A stretch of DNA of 24,358 bases from a virus. Lineage: Duplodnaviria > Caudoviricetes. The stretch lies in IMG/VR virus record IMGVR_UViG_3300032009_000018, positions 1 through 24,358 of that record; one strand, 5' to 3'. Below, piece by piece: positions 24,132-24,358 of this stretch; the first letter of the stretch is position 1, and every line of letters begins with the position of its first letter. The translations under genes were made by a program, and so were the position numbers. The notes below the pieces were generated by a model. The model saw only the letters and a list, made by a program, of their open reading frames with translations, did no database searches and was not told the origin of the DNA.

Positions 24132-24358
24132 TTCATTCCCTCACCAATGGAAGCGGCAGCGCAGACGATAGCGCGTCGGCACCCCTCACTGTTTTCGCTC
24201 TCATAGAACTTTTGAAGCATGGTGCATGGCTCCGGATATTCTGCCTTTTTTACAAAGCCAGCCATGACAAGTGATCTGCTTGGAACATAAGTGAAGCAGA
24301 TTCTCAGCTTCACCGCCAGCCGAAGCGCATCGCCGTCATCGTTGAGCGGGTCCCAGAC
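24128..24358 (-). CDS. Phage hypothetical protein, 5'-truncated by the window edge
   Basis: Frame stays open beyond the track start at 24313 to the edge: VWDPLNDDGDALRLAVKLRI...RRAIVCAAASIG, a motif pair I recognise from small phage proteins. Confidence 0.75.
   Translation of the reverse strand, partial: VWDPLNDDGDALRLAVKLRICFTYVPSRSLVMAGFVKKAEYPEPCTMLQKFYESENSEGCRRAIVCAAASIGEGMK

Larger units (their letters stand above)
1..24358 (-). mobile_element. P22-like podovirus genome segment or prophage, late region
   Basis: Order terS-terL-portal-scaffold-coat-adaptor-hub-needle-ejection proteins-tailspike-lysis; no tape measure or sheath; no integrase or host gene in the window, so free phage versus prophage cannot be decided. 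Confidence 0.95.

Noticed and set aside
1-24358. CRISPR array, DGR repeats, introns, inteins or stop-codon reassignment
   Set aside because: No repeat-spacer pattern, reverse transcriptase or interrupted core genes seen; genes are full length in the standard code and use all three stops.

Overview
The window is the late (virion, packaging and lysis) region of a P22-like podovirus or prophage, encoded almost entirely on the minus strand as one densely coupled run of genes. Read right to left: small phage ORFs, ninG, a lone GroES co-chaperonin, terminase small and large subunits, portal, scaffold, P22-gp5-like coat protein, five accessory head/fibre genes, head-tail adaptor, gp10-like tail hub, needle-position fibre, an Asp/Asn beta-hydroxylase-family dioxygenase plus a GNAT, three DNA-ejection proteins, a beta-helix tailspike, two holin-like genes, an M15 peptidase endolysin, overlapped spanins and three small membrane ORFs. 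The run ends head-to-head with a plus-strand tRNA cluster. There is no tape measure gene, and spanins point to a Gram-negative host. The most unusual signal is an otherwise well-formed tRNA-Arg (84..160) with one extra anticodon-arm base (8-nt loop CU-UCCU-AA, a potential four-base AGGA decoder). It lies next to a membrane-protein gene whose in-frame AGG-A, if read as four bases, fuses it to the next ORF. Other leads are the hydroxylase/GNAT pair in the tail module, a peptide plus membrane-protein pair after the lysis genes, an antisense leaderless membrane ORF and a signal-peptide-bearing fibre. All calls come from reading motifs and gene order by eye; no searches were run.
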